Shown: in pieces, positions 50,809-59,908 of the stretch | Layout: the number at the start of each line of letters is the position of its first letter | Position numbering within the stretch: position 1 is the stretch's first letter | Source: Polaromonas sp. | GTDB taxonomy: Bacteria; Pseudomonadota; Gammaproteobacteria; Burkholderiales; Burkholderiaceae_C | DNA: 64,000 bases | Assembly: GCF_012927485.1 (NCBI RefSeq) | Contig: NZ_JABBPC010000036.1 | Span: 47,996-111,995, forward strand | Direction: 5' to 3' | Made by a program: the position numbers and the translations under genes | The notes under the pieces: model-generated | What the model was told of the DNA's origin: nothing | The model's input: only the letters and a program-made list of their open reading frames with translations | Databases searched by the model: none

Positions 50809-52908
50809 TTATGGCAAATCCTTGTTGACTTCAGGCACAGACGTATCGCGTGGACCGATCAGGCCCAGACGCGCCTTCAGAGACTGCGGCTGTCCTGTCA
50901 GTATCGCGGCATAGTTGGTGGTGTTTGACAACACTTTTTTCACGTAATCGCGGGTCTCGCTGAAGGGTACGTTCTCGGCCCAAATCGCCGCATCCAGCAG
51001 GTTTCCGTTGCGCCAGGTGCGGGGTCGGCCAGGGCCGGCGTTGTACGCGGCTGCGGCCATGGCCATGGAGCCGCCCAAGTCATCCAGCGCAAGCTTCAAG
51101 TAGGCTGTGCCAATCTTGATGTTGGTGTCGCGATCACTCAGCTGGTCCGCGCTAAATCCTTGAAGGCCGAGTTTGCGGGCGGTCCAGCGGGCCGTTGCGG
51201 GCATGACCTGCATCAGCCCGGAAGCGCCCACACCGGAGCGTGCGTCCATGACGAAACGACTTTCCTGGCGGATCAGTCCATACACGTAAGCGGGGTCCAG
51301 GTTGACACTTTGACTGCGTTTGATCACCGTCGCACGAAAAGGCATGGGGAAACGTTGGTCGAAGTCCACTTCGCGTCGGGTGCGCTCGCTGGTGTTGATG
51401 CAGCGATCCCAGATTTGGCGGTCGCAGGCAAACTGCGCGGCGGCGAGCAGTTCGCGTTCGGTCATGCCGCCGTGCTGGTGCATGTTCGTGGTGTAGTTCC
51501 ACTCACGTACGCCTTCTGAACGCAGACCGATTCCGATGGCATAGGCGCCGCGGTTCAATCCCGGGTTGAGACGGGCGCCTTCTTTTTCTTCAGCCGTGAG
51601 GGGTCCTGGTTTGGCCGGCACCGTAATTTTTTGGCCCAGGTCTTCCAGTGCGAGCTGCTCGTAAAACCCGCGTACCGAGGCCATCGACTGCAGTATCGCA
51701 AGCGCTTCTGCACGTTGCGGTGCGATGCTGAGCGGCTGGACAAGCCCCGCGCTCTGAGCCGTCGCGATCGGGGCGGCGGTCTTGATGGCAGCATCCGGCG
51801 GCGACGTAGCCAGCAACGCGCGCGCTTTCCAGTAGCTCCAGGCGGGTTCCTTGCGCGACTCCCCGCTCATCGCATCGACGGCCGCCAGCACCTGCTGCCA
51901 GTTGGGTTGGGCTCCTGCGCGCAGGGCCGCCCGGGCTTTCCAGGCCAGCATGTCGTCGGTCAGGTCGGAGTCGTCACTGACTTTGGCAAAGTACTGCAGC
52001 GCGTCGCTTGCCGGTACGGTGCCCAGCCGGGTGGCCGACTGTTTGCCGATAACGCCCCAGACCCAGTTGCGTTCTTCGGGGGTGAGCTGTACCGCCCATT
52101 TGGTTTCCATCTGGAAAGCCGCACCTCCCGGGTCGCTCGTGGCCAACTTGATCAGCGCGAGGGTGATGATTTCCTTGCGCACGGCGCGCACGGCAAGGTA
52201 TTTTTCCATCAGAAATTTGATCGGGCTGTTGTTCAGATCGGTCACCAGCCCCAGGGCTTCCGGGGCAATGATCTGCACCGCATCGCGGGCGGCGCGCGGA
52301 CGATTGGCCTCCGTAGCGAGACGCGCTTTTTGCCAGACATCCTGTGGCGTGAGGTTTTTGGCGCCGACCAACCGACTGGCCGCTGCCGTACACCCGTCGT
52401 CCGCTTCGCGCTGTGACTGCCAGTTCTTCCGTACTTCATCGGCCAGGCGTGGGTCCATCGCCGGATTTTTCAGATGTTCTACCAGCAGGGCGTAACAGCG
52501 CACTTCGCGGTCGTCGTTCATGCGGTAATTGGGATATTCAGCGGCAAAAGCGGCCCAGTCGCGTCGTTGACCGAGTAACAGCAGCCAATCGTTGCGCAAG
52601 CGGTCTTCCTGGTAAGTTCCGGGATAGCGACCGAAAAAGTCCTGTACCTCTTGGGGACTGGCTTCGTCCAGGCGGGCTTTGAGTTCCCAATAGGCGGCCC
52701 AGGGTTCCAGTGCATTGCCTTTGGCCTGCGGCAGCAGCTGCGTTAACCTGTTTTTGTCGCCGCGCCGGAAGGCTTTGTTCATCTCCAAAATCACGCCGTC
52801 GCTGGCGCTACCGATGCCTGCTTCGGGACTCTGGGCGGCCGCGGGCGCCATCAACGTAGCGGAGAGCGCAGCGGAGACAACCGCGCTCAAAAGAAATTTG
52901 TATAGCAT
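50809..52908 (-). CDS. slt: Soluble lytic murein transglycosylase (Slt70-like)
   Basis: Signal peptide, helical repeats, IRQES, GLMQVMPATA, AAYNAGPG, IPF/VPFSETRDYV. Confidence 0.9.
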   Translation of the reverse strand: MLYKFLLSAVVSAALSATLMAPAAAQSPEAGIGSASDGVILEMNKAFRRGDKNRLTQLLPQAKGNALEPWAAYWELKARLDEASPQEVQDFFGRYPGTYQEDRLRNDWLLLLGQRRDWAAFAAEYPNYRMNDDREVRCYALLVEHLKNPAMDPRLADEVRKNWQSQREADDGCTAAASRLVGAKNLTPQDVWQKARLATEANRPRAARDAVQIIAPEALGLVTDLNNSPIKFLMEKYLAVRAVRKEIITLALIKLATSDPGGAAFQMETKWAVQLTPEERNWVWGVIGKQSATRLGTVPASDALQYFAKVSDDSDLTDDMLAWKARAALRAGAQPNWQQVLAAVDAMSGESRKEPAWSYWKARALLATSPPDAAIKTAAPIATAQSAGLVQPLSIAPQRAEALAILQSMASVRGFYEQLALEDLGQKITVPAKPGPLTAEEKEGARLNPGLNRGAYAIGIGLRSEGVREWNYTTNMHQHGGMTERELLAAAQFACDRQIWDRCINTSERTRREVDFDQRFPMPFRATVIKRSQSVNLDPAYVYGLIRQESRFVMDARSGVGASGLMQVMPATARWTARKLGLQGFSADQLSDRDTNIKIGTAYLKLALDDLGGSMAMAAAAYNAGPGRPRTWRNGNLLDAAIWAENVPFSETRDYVKKVLSNTTNYAAILTGQPQSLKARLGLIGPRDTSVPEVNKDLP

Positions 52909-52917
52909 TGGGACATT

Positions 52918-53556
52918 ATGGACAAATTAAGTATCCGCAAAGCGCTGATTGAGGCCAGGCTCAATATGCCTGACCGCCTGGCAAGAGCTGACTTGCTGCA
53001 GCGCGTCCTGCGCATCTGGCTAATCGGTCGTACCGACGTGGTGATAGGCGCTTACTGGCCGATCAAGGGTGAGTTTGACCCGTTACCCGCGCTGTACCGT
53101 TGGCAGGAGGATGCTACGTTGAGCCGGGAGTCACAAGAAAATCAGATATTGGAGCCCGAGCAGCGTGCGCAACTAGCTACTGAAAGTATAGCAAGCAGGT
53201 CGCCGCGCAAGATTGGGTTGCCGGTCGTCAACAAACTGCACAAGACCCTGACCTTTCATGCCTGGTACCCGGGCTGTCCGATGGAAGAAGACGCCTACGG
53301 CATTTCGAAACCCAAAGATACCGAAGAGATTGTGCCTACGCTGCTGTTTGTGCCCTGCGTGGGATACGGCACGGGCGGTTACCGCCTTGGCTATGGCGGC
53401 GGTTTTTACGATCGCACGCTGGCGACCCTTCAGCCCAAGCCCTTTACGGTGGGCCTGGGCTACAGCCACGGTTGGCTGCCGGATATGGAGCCGGAGCCGC
53501 ACGATATTCCGCTGAATGCGTTGCTCAACGACAAGGGCGTCGTTTGGCCGGTGTGA
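52918..53556 (+). CDS. 5-formyltetrahydrofolate cyclo-ligase (YgfA/Fau-like) with internal insertion
   Basis: AYWPIKGEFD, FVPCVGY, RLGYGGGFYDR, EPHDIPL. Confidence 0.9.
   Translation: MDKLSIRKALIEARLNMPDRLARADLLQRVLRIWLIGRTDVVIGAYWPIKGEFDPLPALYRWQEDATLSRESQENQILEPEQRAQLATESIASRSPRKIGLPVVNKLHKTLTFHAWYPGCPMEEDAYGISKPKDTEEIVPTLLFVPCVGYGTGGYRLGYGGGFYDRTLATLQPKPFTVGLGYSHGWLPDMEPEPHDIPLNALLNDKGVVWPV
53140..53195 (+). repeat. Palindromic repeat-like segment read in frame (NQILEPEQRAQLATESIA)
   Basis: Ends in GCGCAACTAGCTACTGAAAGTATAGCAAG; core shared with 46124 and 59376. Confidence 0.55.
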
Positions 53557-53571
53557 CAGTGTCATGGCGCG

Positions 53572-53591
53572 GGCTTCACGCGCGTGAAGCC
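53572..53591. repeat. Perfect 20-bp palindrome between cyclo-ligase and ppk2
   Basis: GGCTTCACGCGCGTGAAGCC equals its own reverse complement. Confidence 0.6.
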
Positions 53592-53669
53592 TGTGGCGGG
53601 TCGGGCGATCTAAAATAAAAACTTTAGCTGTCTGCCCGCGGGCGGGTTGACCCAAAAGAGAGCCGTACC

Positions 53670-54863
53670 ATGCCCGAATCGACTGTCAATACACCCTCTC
53701 CGGTGCCTTCAGCGAGGCGCAAACCAGCGCCTCGCAGCAAAGCGCTTCAGCCCAAAGCCCCTGCTGGCGTCCGCGCCGTAGCGAGCGGCGACCGGGCACC
53801 GTCGACCAGCCCGCGTGCGCTGGAGCAGTTTGTGACAACCGAGGCCACGCAGGCGGCGCAGGCAGAGCAATTGTCTGCCGCACTCTCGCTGCTGGGTGAT
53901 AAAGAGGTGACTAGTGAACCTATTGCCCGTGCGCAGGCGTTACGGGCTTTGCTGGAGGGCGCTTCGTCGGACGATCGTCGCGTGCTGCGCGCCGCGTTAA
54001 CAGGCAGACAGGTTGACGAGGACATCACAGGGCAGAGTCCCGATGAGGAGCTGGCCCTTGACTGGCGCGATGGCGGCTATCCCTACCGCAACCTGATGCG
54101 GCGAAGCACCTACGAAAAAGACAAGTTTCAACTCCAGGTGGAACTGCTCAAGCTGCAGGCCTGGGTCAAGGAAACCGGCCAGCGCGTGGTGATTTTGTTC
54201 GAGGGACGCGATGCAGCCGGCAAGGGCGGCACCATCAAGCGCTTCATGGAACATCTGAATCCCCGCGGCGCCCGCGTGGTGGCGCTTGAAAAACCCTCTG
54301 AAACCGAGCGCGGGCAATGGTACTTTCAGCGCTACGTTCAACACTTGCCCACGCGCGGCGAAATCGTTTTGTTTGACCGCTCCTGGTACAACCGGTCCGG
54401 CGTTGAGCGCGTCATGGGCTTTTGTAGTGATGAGGAATATGCCGAGTTCATGCGTCAGGCGCCTGAGTTTGAACGGCATCTGGTTCGAAGCGGCGTCTAC
54501 GTGATCAAGTTCTGGTTCAGCGTGAGTCGAAAAGAACAGCGCCGCCGCTTCAAGGAGCGCGAGGGGCATCCGCTCAAACAATGGAAACTCAGTTCCATCG
54601 ATCTGGCGTCGCTGGACAAATGGGATGACTACACGCGCTCCAAGGAAGCTATGTTCTTTGAAACGGATACTGCCGATTCTCCCTGGAGCGTGATCAAGAG
54701 CGACTGCAAAAAGCGCGCACGCCTGAACGCGATGCGTTACGTGCTGCACAAATTACCCTATGGCAACAAAGATCTGCTGCATATCGGCAAGCTGGACCCG
54801 CTGATCGTGGGGCGGGCGAACGTGGTGTACGAACGCGGCGAAAAGCCGGGCGCCATTCTTTGA
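53670..54863 (+). CDS. ppk2: Polyphosphate kinase 2 with long N-terminal extension
   Basis: FEGRDAAGKGGTIKR, QWYFQRY, FDRSWYNR, WKLS.ID. Confidence 0.93.
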   Translation: MPESTVNTPSPVPSARRKPAPRSKALQPKAPAGVRAVASGDRAPSTSPRALEQFVTTEATQAAQAEQLSAALSLLGDKEVTSEPIARAQALRALLEGASSDDRRVLRAALTGRQVDEDITGQSPDEELALDWRDGGYPYRNLMRRSTYEKDKFQLQVELLKLQAWVKETGQRVVILFEGRDAAGKGGTIKRFMEHLNPRGARVVALEKPSETERGQWYFQRYVQHLPTRGEIVLFDRSWYNRSGVERVMGFCSDEEYAEFMRQAPEFERHLVRSGVYVIKFWFSVSRKEQRRRFKEREGHPLKQWKLSSIDLASLDKWDDYTRSKEAMFFETDTADSPWSVIKSDCKKRARLNAMRYVLHKLPYGNKDLLHIGKLDPLIVGRANVVYERGEKPGAIL

Positions 54864-54928
54864 GCCGGAGCGGGCGAGTTCGGGTGGGTGGCCAGGGATA
54901 AGGCACGCAACGCCGGATTAAAAGCCGC

Positions 54929-55900
54929 TTATGCTTTCGGGTCTGCTTCCTCGCCGATTGCCTTGCGGGTTTGCGCCGCCTGATCTTTCAGCCAGTCGCA
55001 AAATGCCAGCACTTCAGGCCTGGCCGCGTTGCGCGGTCCGATGATGAGCCAACAGGCCATGGGCGAATCCAGACGCCTATCTGGAAAGGGTTCAATCAGA
55101 TCGCCTGAGGCCAAACTGTCGGCAATCAACGGTGTGCGTACCAATGCCACGCCTTGTCCGGTCAGGGCTGCTTGGGCGATCTGGTGGGCATAGTTGAAAT
55201 ACAGCCAGCGCTTGGGCTCGAAATGGGTGATGTGATTCTCTTCAAACCAGCGCTGCCAGGTTAGCCACTCAATGTGCTGGCCATGGTTCGCGTCCCTGGA
55301 CTCCACCAGCGCGAATTGGGCCAAATCTTGTACTTTTTGCAGGCCTGGTCCGCTTTTCAGGAGCCAAGGACTCACCACCGGCGTGAGTTGCTCCCCAAAG
55401 AGGCGCTGCGCATGGGACGGCACGTTACCGGGCACGCTGTAGCGCAGAGCCAGGTCCACATCGGTGGTTTCCAGGTCCACCGAGATGTCGGTGGCGTCAA
55501 TGCGGATGTCGATATCGGGGTGCGCGCGTTGAAAGTCCTCTAGCCGCGGGATCAACCACATCGAGGCAAATGAGGCGTAGGTGCTAATGGCCACGCTTTT
55601 GCGACCCGCACTTTGACGAATAAGCCGTACGGCCGCGTCGACGCGATCCAGCGCGGGTATGACCGCGCGCAGCAGCTGGGCGCCCGCGCCAGTGAGTTCC
55701 ACCGCGCGGGTGTGGCGGAGAAACAGACTGACTCCGACCTCCTGTTCCAGCCCCTGGATCTGACGGCTCACTGCCGACTGCGTCAGGGCCAGTTCCTCCG
55801 AAGCCGCCCGAAAATTGAGATGACGCGCCACCGCCTCGAAGGCGCGCAGTTGACCCACCGAGATCGGCCGGGAACGTTGATGGCTTTGTGAATGCTGCAT
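54929..55900 (-). CDS. LysR-family regulator, GcvA-like
   Basis: LRAFEAVARHLNFRAASEELALTQSAVSRQI, WLIPRL..FQ..HPDI. Confidence 0.9.
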   Translation of the reverse strand: MQHSQSHQRSRPISVGQLRAFEAVARHLNFRAASEELALTQSAVSRQIQGLEQEVGVSLFLRHTRAVELTGAGAQLLRAVIPALDRVDAAVRLIRQSAGRKSVAISTYASFASMWLIPRLEDFQRAHPDIDIRIDATDISVDLETTDVDLALRYSVPGNVPSHAQRLFGEQLTPVVSPWLLKSGPGLQKVQDLAQFALVESRDANHGQHIEWLTWQRWFEENHITHFEPKRWLYFNYAHQIAQAALTGQGVALVRTPLIADSLASGDLIEPFPDRRLDSPMACWLIIGPRNAARPEVLAFCDWLKDQAAQTRKAIGEEADPKA

Positions 55901-56026
55901 GACAAACGGTAAATTTATTAATGCGTTTATGGAATGAATAGCGTAGCGCTATTTCATTGGACATGGCGATTTTTCAGCAGGATCATTGATGCTTCGGCAA
56001 GGAGTACATTTTTTTTGGAGTACCTC

Positions 56027-56401
56027 ATGGAGCACATGATGACGCGTCAGCCAGGCCCCCGACTTGGCGCATTGCGCAGCGGTTGGACGCTGGGCCCGGG
56101 TCTGGCCTCGACCATGAAAACCCATCGCGCCGGGGTGCTCCGCGTCTCGCAAGGACGACTATGGCTGACTTTTACCCATGCGCGGCATGACCTCGGCGTG
56201 CGGGCTGGCGACTATTTTCTCAACTGCGGCGAGAGCTTGGCGCTGGGGGCCGGGGAAGTCGTTGTGATGGAGTCTTATGGCTTGCGCCATGCGCCCGCTG
56301 TTGCTTTAGCCTGGGCGCCTGTACCGAATCCGCTGTTTGCCCTACCCAGAAACCTTCCAGGGGCAAAGTCATTAAAGCATTTGCTTCGCAGTCCGACCTG
56401 A
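56027..56401 (+). CDS. DUF2917-like small cupin protein
   Basis: LRVSQGRLWLT...GDYFL..GESL; divergent from LysR; start inferred from GGAG RBS. Confidence 0.7.
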   Translation: MEHMMTRQPGPRLGALRSGWTLGPGLASTMKTHRAGVLRVSQGRLWLTFTHARHDLGVRAGDYFLNCGESLALGAGEVVVMESYGLRHAPAVALAWAPVPNPLFALPRNLPGAKSLKHLLRSPT

Positions 56402-56680
56402 CGGACCAAACTATAACTTTTGACCAACTCCGGCGTGATCATCGGTGATAAATTTATTCTGGTGAGCGATGCCACCGCGACGCCGGCCATGGCGCGCACA
56501 CGCAAAAGCATGGATCCGATTTTCGGCCAGGTATTTATTTACGAACACTGCCTGCCGTTTGATGTGAGTCGCGCCTTTGACGAAGCCAGCGGCATCAAAA
56601 ACTCTTGTATCTGGATGGCCGAGCGTGAGAAGGCCATGTGGGGGGCGCTTCAGAGCCGAAACGTCGCTAGCTTGTCGGCG

Positions 56681-57085
56681 TCAAAAATCCATTGTCAGCG
56701 ATGAAATTAAAGACTGGAAAGTGACAATGGCGGTCTGACCTTGCAGCTTGTTAAGCCGCTCCAAAACATCCTCATCGTCCAACGTGGTGTATCCCATGCT
56801 GAAGCGCTGGAATCGCCGTTCGGCAAGCGGCCCATGGTGAACGACGTTGACATTGATGTGACGCGAATCTTGGCGAATTCGGTCCAACAAGGCCAAAACT
56901 TCTTTTTGGGCACCCTCGATTTGTTGGCAAAATCGCGAACCGTCAAAAATCAGCAGGCCGGTAATCTTGAGCGCACTGTTCGCTGGGCGTGATTGCCTCG
57001 CAATATCCCCCACCACGCGAATATCAGCGTCGGGCGCAAGGGTGCTGACGTAAAGCACTTCATATAAATGAGGAGGTTTTTGCAT
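56681..57085 (-). CDS. Stand-alone BLUF blue-light sensor
   Basis: LYVS (Tyr), N...ITGLLIF, FCQQIEG (Gln), I..DSRH, RFQRFSM. Confidence 0.88.
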   Translation of the reverse strand: MQKPPHLYEVLYVSTLAPDADIRVVGDIARQSRPANSALKITGLLIFDGSRFCQQIEGAQKEVLALLDRIRQDSRHINVNVVHHGPLAERRFQRFSMGYTTLDDEDVLERLNKLQGQTAIVTFQSLISSLTMDF

Positions 57086-57410
57086 AACTGTATGTAAATG
57101 TACCAATCCGCGGCTAAGTTCGCAACGTAAACGCGTTGGTGTTGCCTCGGTAAGTGTTGTATTTTGAGACTCAACAGAGGCATCCTCTGCGTCTGCTTGC
57201 GCTGTCGAACCAGTGACAGCTTGTTTCGCGCTGGGCTGGGTGATCTCTGTAGCGGATCTTTGCGCCGTGGTCGACGCCCCCTGTCAGAAGTTTGGCCACT
57301 GTTGAAACCTTAGCGGGCGAGGGCGAACAGGGGTAGGCCGTGACTGACAACACACGACCAAGGAGGACGACAAACCGGGCTACTTGCGTCGCTTAGTCTC
57401 CTGGTTCGAT

Positions 57411-57433
57411 CAAAATTTTCAACTAAAATTTTG
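57411..57433. promoter_or_regulatory. Perfect inverted repeat in BLUF/small-protein divergent region
   Basis: CAAAATTTT-CAACT-AAAATTTTG. Confidence 0.4.
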
Positions 57434-57466
57434 TGTAACGGCAAGACCCGCACTCAGGAGACCCGC

Positions 57467-57754
57467 ATGAAGCACGATAAACCAACGTCGCAATCCTCTC
57501 AATCGAGTACCCGGCAGCAAAGTGGCAGCCCGCGCGAACCTCAGCCCAACCAGTCGCCGCCCGCTGCGACTCAAATGGGCGAGGGCAGCTATGAAGGCAC
57601 GCGTGATTACGATGAAGGCTTGAAGTCGTATCTTGAAACAGCCGATGTGAAGGCGGATGCAGAGGCCGCCAAACCAGCCTCGCCGCAGGAAGCGGTCGAG
57701 TTAAAGAAGGCAGAGCAAGAAGGTCTTTCGCATTCAAAAGCGCCAGGACAATAA
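57467..57754 (+). CDS. Small hydrophilic hypothetical protein (QMGEGSYEGTRDY motif)
   Basis: CAGGAG RBS; 95 aa, polar, disordered-looking. Confidence 0.65.
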   Translation: MKHDKPTSQSSQSSTRQQSGSPREPQPNQSPPAATQMGEGSYEGTRDYDEGLKSYLETADVKADAEAAKPASPQEAVELKKAEQEGLSHSKAPGQ

Positions 57755-57884
57755 AGGCACAAGCGCCGCCTAGGCGATCGCGAGTGGTCTGCCGTCTCGG
57801 TCGGCGGACTGATAATCCGTGTGCGGAAACAGAGTTGAGCTACGACTGCTCGACGCTTTATAACCAAAATGCACAGGATATTTC

Positions 57885-59315
57885 ATGGCAATCCCTATCG
57901 ATGTCGTCATCATGGCTGCGGGCAAAGGCACGCGGATGAAAAGCACCTTGCCGAAAGTGTTGCACCGTTTGGGAGGGCGTGCTTTGTTGGTTCATGTGAT
58001 CGATTGCGCAGCCCGGTTGTCGGCTCGCCAGGCGGTGGTGGTCACAGGACACGGTGCCATGGAAGTTGAAGCGGCTTGTGCCAGCTTGGCCGAGTCGACA
58101 GCCATTTTTGAAAAAAACATAAGCCTCAAATTTGTTCGCCAGGAGCCGCAGCTTGGAACCGGTCATGCCGTGCAGCAGGCGCTGCCTTTATTGGCTGACG
58201 ATGGCGTGACATTGGTGCTGTCGGGTGACGTGCCGCTGACGCAGGCCGCAACCCTGGTGACGCTTCTGGAGCGATGCGATGGCAAGCGATTGGCGCTACT
58301 CACGCTCAGTATGGCCGACCCCACGGGCTACGGGCGGATTGTGCGAGCGGGGGACGGGACCGCTAGTCAGGTGCGCGCCATCGTTGAGCACAAGGACGCT
58401 AACGATGCCGAGCGCGCCATCCGCGAAATCTACAGCGGCATCATGGCGGTGCCGACGCGGCTGCTGCGTGGTTGGCTGGCCCGACTTGACAATAGAAATG
58501 CACAAAATGAGTATTACCTGACCGATATCGTGAAATATGCCGTGGCCGACGGCGTCCCCGTGGTGGCGTACCAGATCAGCGATGCCGCTCAAGTGGCGGG
58601 CGTGAACAGCCCCCTTCAACTGGCCGAACTGGAACGCGTCTATCAGAGCCGCCGCGCCTCGGCCCTTATGGAGCAGGGCGTACGGCTGGCTGACCCCGCG
58701 CGATTCGACGTGCGCGGCACGCTGGCCTGCGGCCAGGATGTCGAGATTGACGTGAACTGCGTGTTTGAAGGTCATGTCACTTTGGGTAATCAGGTGCGCG
58801 TGGGTGCGAACTGCGTGATCGCCAATGCCACTATTGCTGCTGGCGCGGTGATCCATCCTTTTACGCACATTGACGGCGAGAAGCTGGGCGTGCAGGTGGG
58901 CGAGGGCGCGCGGATTGGCCCGTTTGCGCGCCTGCGACCGGGTGCAAATCTGGGCCCGGAAGTCCATATCGGCAACTTTGTCGAGGTGAAAAATTCCACC
59001 TTGGCTAGAGGCGCTAAAGCGAACCACCTGGCCTACTTGGGCGACGCCACGGTGGGTGAACGCGTGAACTATGGCGCTGGCAGCATCACCGCCAATTACG
59101 ACGGCGCTAATAAGCACCGCACGGTGATTGAAGATGATGTGCACATTGGCAGCAACTGCGTGTTGGTCGCGCCCATCACCATCGGCCAGGGCGGCACCGT
59201 TGGCGGAGGCTCGACGCTGACCAAAGACACGCCCGCTGGCGCGCTCAGCGTAGCGCGCGGCAAGCAAATCAGCTTGGCGAACTGGAAGCGGCCGGTCAAA
59301 AAGGTCAAAGGCTAA
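57885..59315 (+). CDS. glmU: Bifunctional UDP-GlcNAc pyrophosphorylase/acetyltransferase GlmU
   Basis: MAAGKGTRMKS, QLGTGHAV, EYYLTD, hexapeptide repeats, HLAYLGDA. Confidence 0.97.
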   Translation: MAIPIDVVIMAAGKGTRMKSTLPKVLHRLGGRALLVHVIDCAARLSARQAVVVTGHGAMEVEAACASLAESTAIFEKNISLKFVRQEPQLGTGHAVQQALPLLADDGVTLVLSGDVPLTQAATLVTLLERCDGKRLALLTLSMADPTGYGRIVRAGDGTASQVRAIVEHKDANDAERAIREIYSGIMAVPTRLLRGWLARLDNRNAQNEYYLTDIVKYAVADGVPVVAYQISDAAQVAGVNSPLQLAELERVYQSRRASALMEQGVRLADPARFDVRGTLACGQDVEIDVNCVFEGHVTLGNQVRVGANCVIANATIAAGAVIHPFTHIDGEKLGVQVGEGARIGPFARLRPGANLGPEVHIGNFVEVKNSTLARGAKANHLAYLGDATVGERVNYGAGSITANYDGANKHRTVIEDDVHIGSNCVLVAPITIGQGGTVGGGSTLTKDTPAGALSVARGKQISLANWKRPVKKVKG

Positions 59316-59373
59316 GCCCAGCTTTTGGCTGCCCGCTACATCGGCCGGAAGAGCGTTGAGAAAATCTCCTGAC

Positions 59374-59436
59374 TTGCTATCTATTTAATAGCTTTTTGTG
59401 ATTACCTCTATTGGGCTAAAAGCACTTTTGGCTCGA
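59374..59436 (-). repeat. GCTA-N9-TAGC repeat copy overlapping the lrp 3' end
   Basis: Minus strand ...CAAAAAGCTATTAAATAGATAGCAAG; 16/21 identical to 53175-53195. Confidence 0.55.
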
Positions 59437-59908
59437 ACTTGGCGCGCTTGGTGCTGAAGAAAGCTTTCACGTTCCGTACGTTGGCATCACTGGTAAAAAG
59501 CCGCTGAGCCAGCGCCAGATACTGAGGCATGTTGCCCACATGCACCAACAAGATAAAGTCCGGTCCCGGCGACACGCGGTAGCACTGCTGAACCGAGTCG
59601 TCCAGTACCACCCTGGCCTCAAAGGCTTCCAGGTAGTCGGAACCCTGCCGGTCAAGGGTAATTTCAACCACTGCGGTCAGGCCGTAGCCCAGCGTTGCCG
59701 CTAGCTTGTCGGGACTGAGCAGGGCAATTTCGCGTTCAATCAACCCGGCCTCCCACAATCGCTTGACTCGTCGCAAACAGGTGGGCGGTGAGACATAAAC
59801 CTGTTCTGCCAAGGCTTGGTTGCTGAGCGAAGCGTCATGTTGTAGAGCCTCCAGGAGCTTGATGTCCGTGGTATCCAAGTCAATCTTGGGCTCGATAATT
59901 TGTTTCAT
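59408..59908 (-). CDS. Lrp/AsnC-family transcriptional regulator
   Basis: LD..DIKLL..LQ.DASLSN..LAEQV.VSPPTCLRRVKRL; QCYRVSPGPDF. Confidence 0.9.
   Translation of the reverse strand: MKQIIEPKIDLDTTDIKLLEALQHDASLSNQALAEQVYVSPPTCLRRVKRLWEAGLIEREIALLSPDKLAATLGYGLTAVVEITLDRQGSDYLEAFEARVVLDDSVQQCYRVSPGPDFILLVHVGNMPQYLALAQRLFTSDANVRNVKAFFSTKRAKFEPKVLLAQ

Noticed and set aside
52900-52918. 6S RNA, often upstream of the 5-formyl-THF cyclo-ligase gene
   Set aside because: Only 9 bp separate the gene from slt; no room
56420-56704. 94-aa ORF as an independent gene
   Set aside because: TTG start, no clear RBS, no recognisable motif, overlaps the BLUF 3' end
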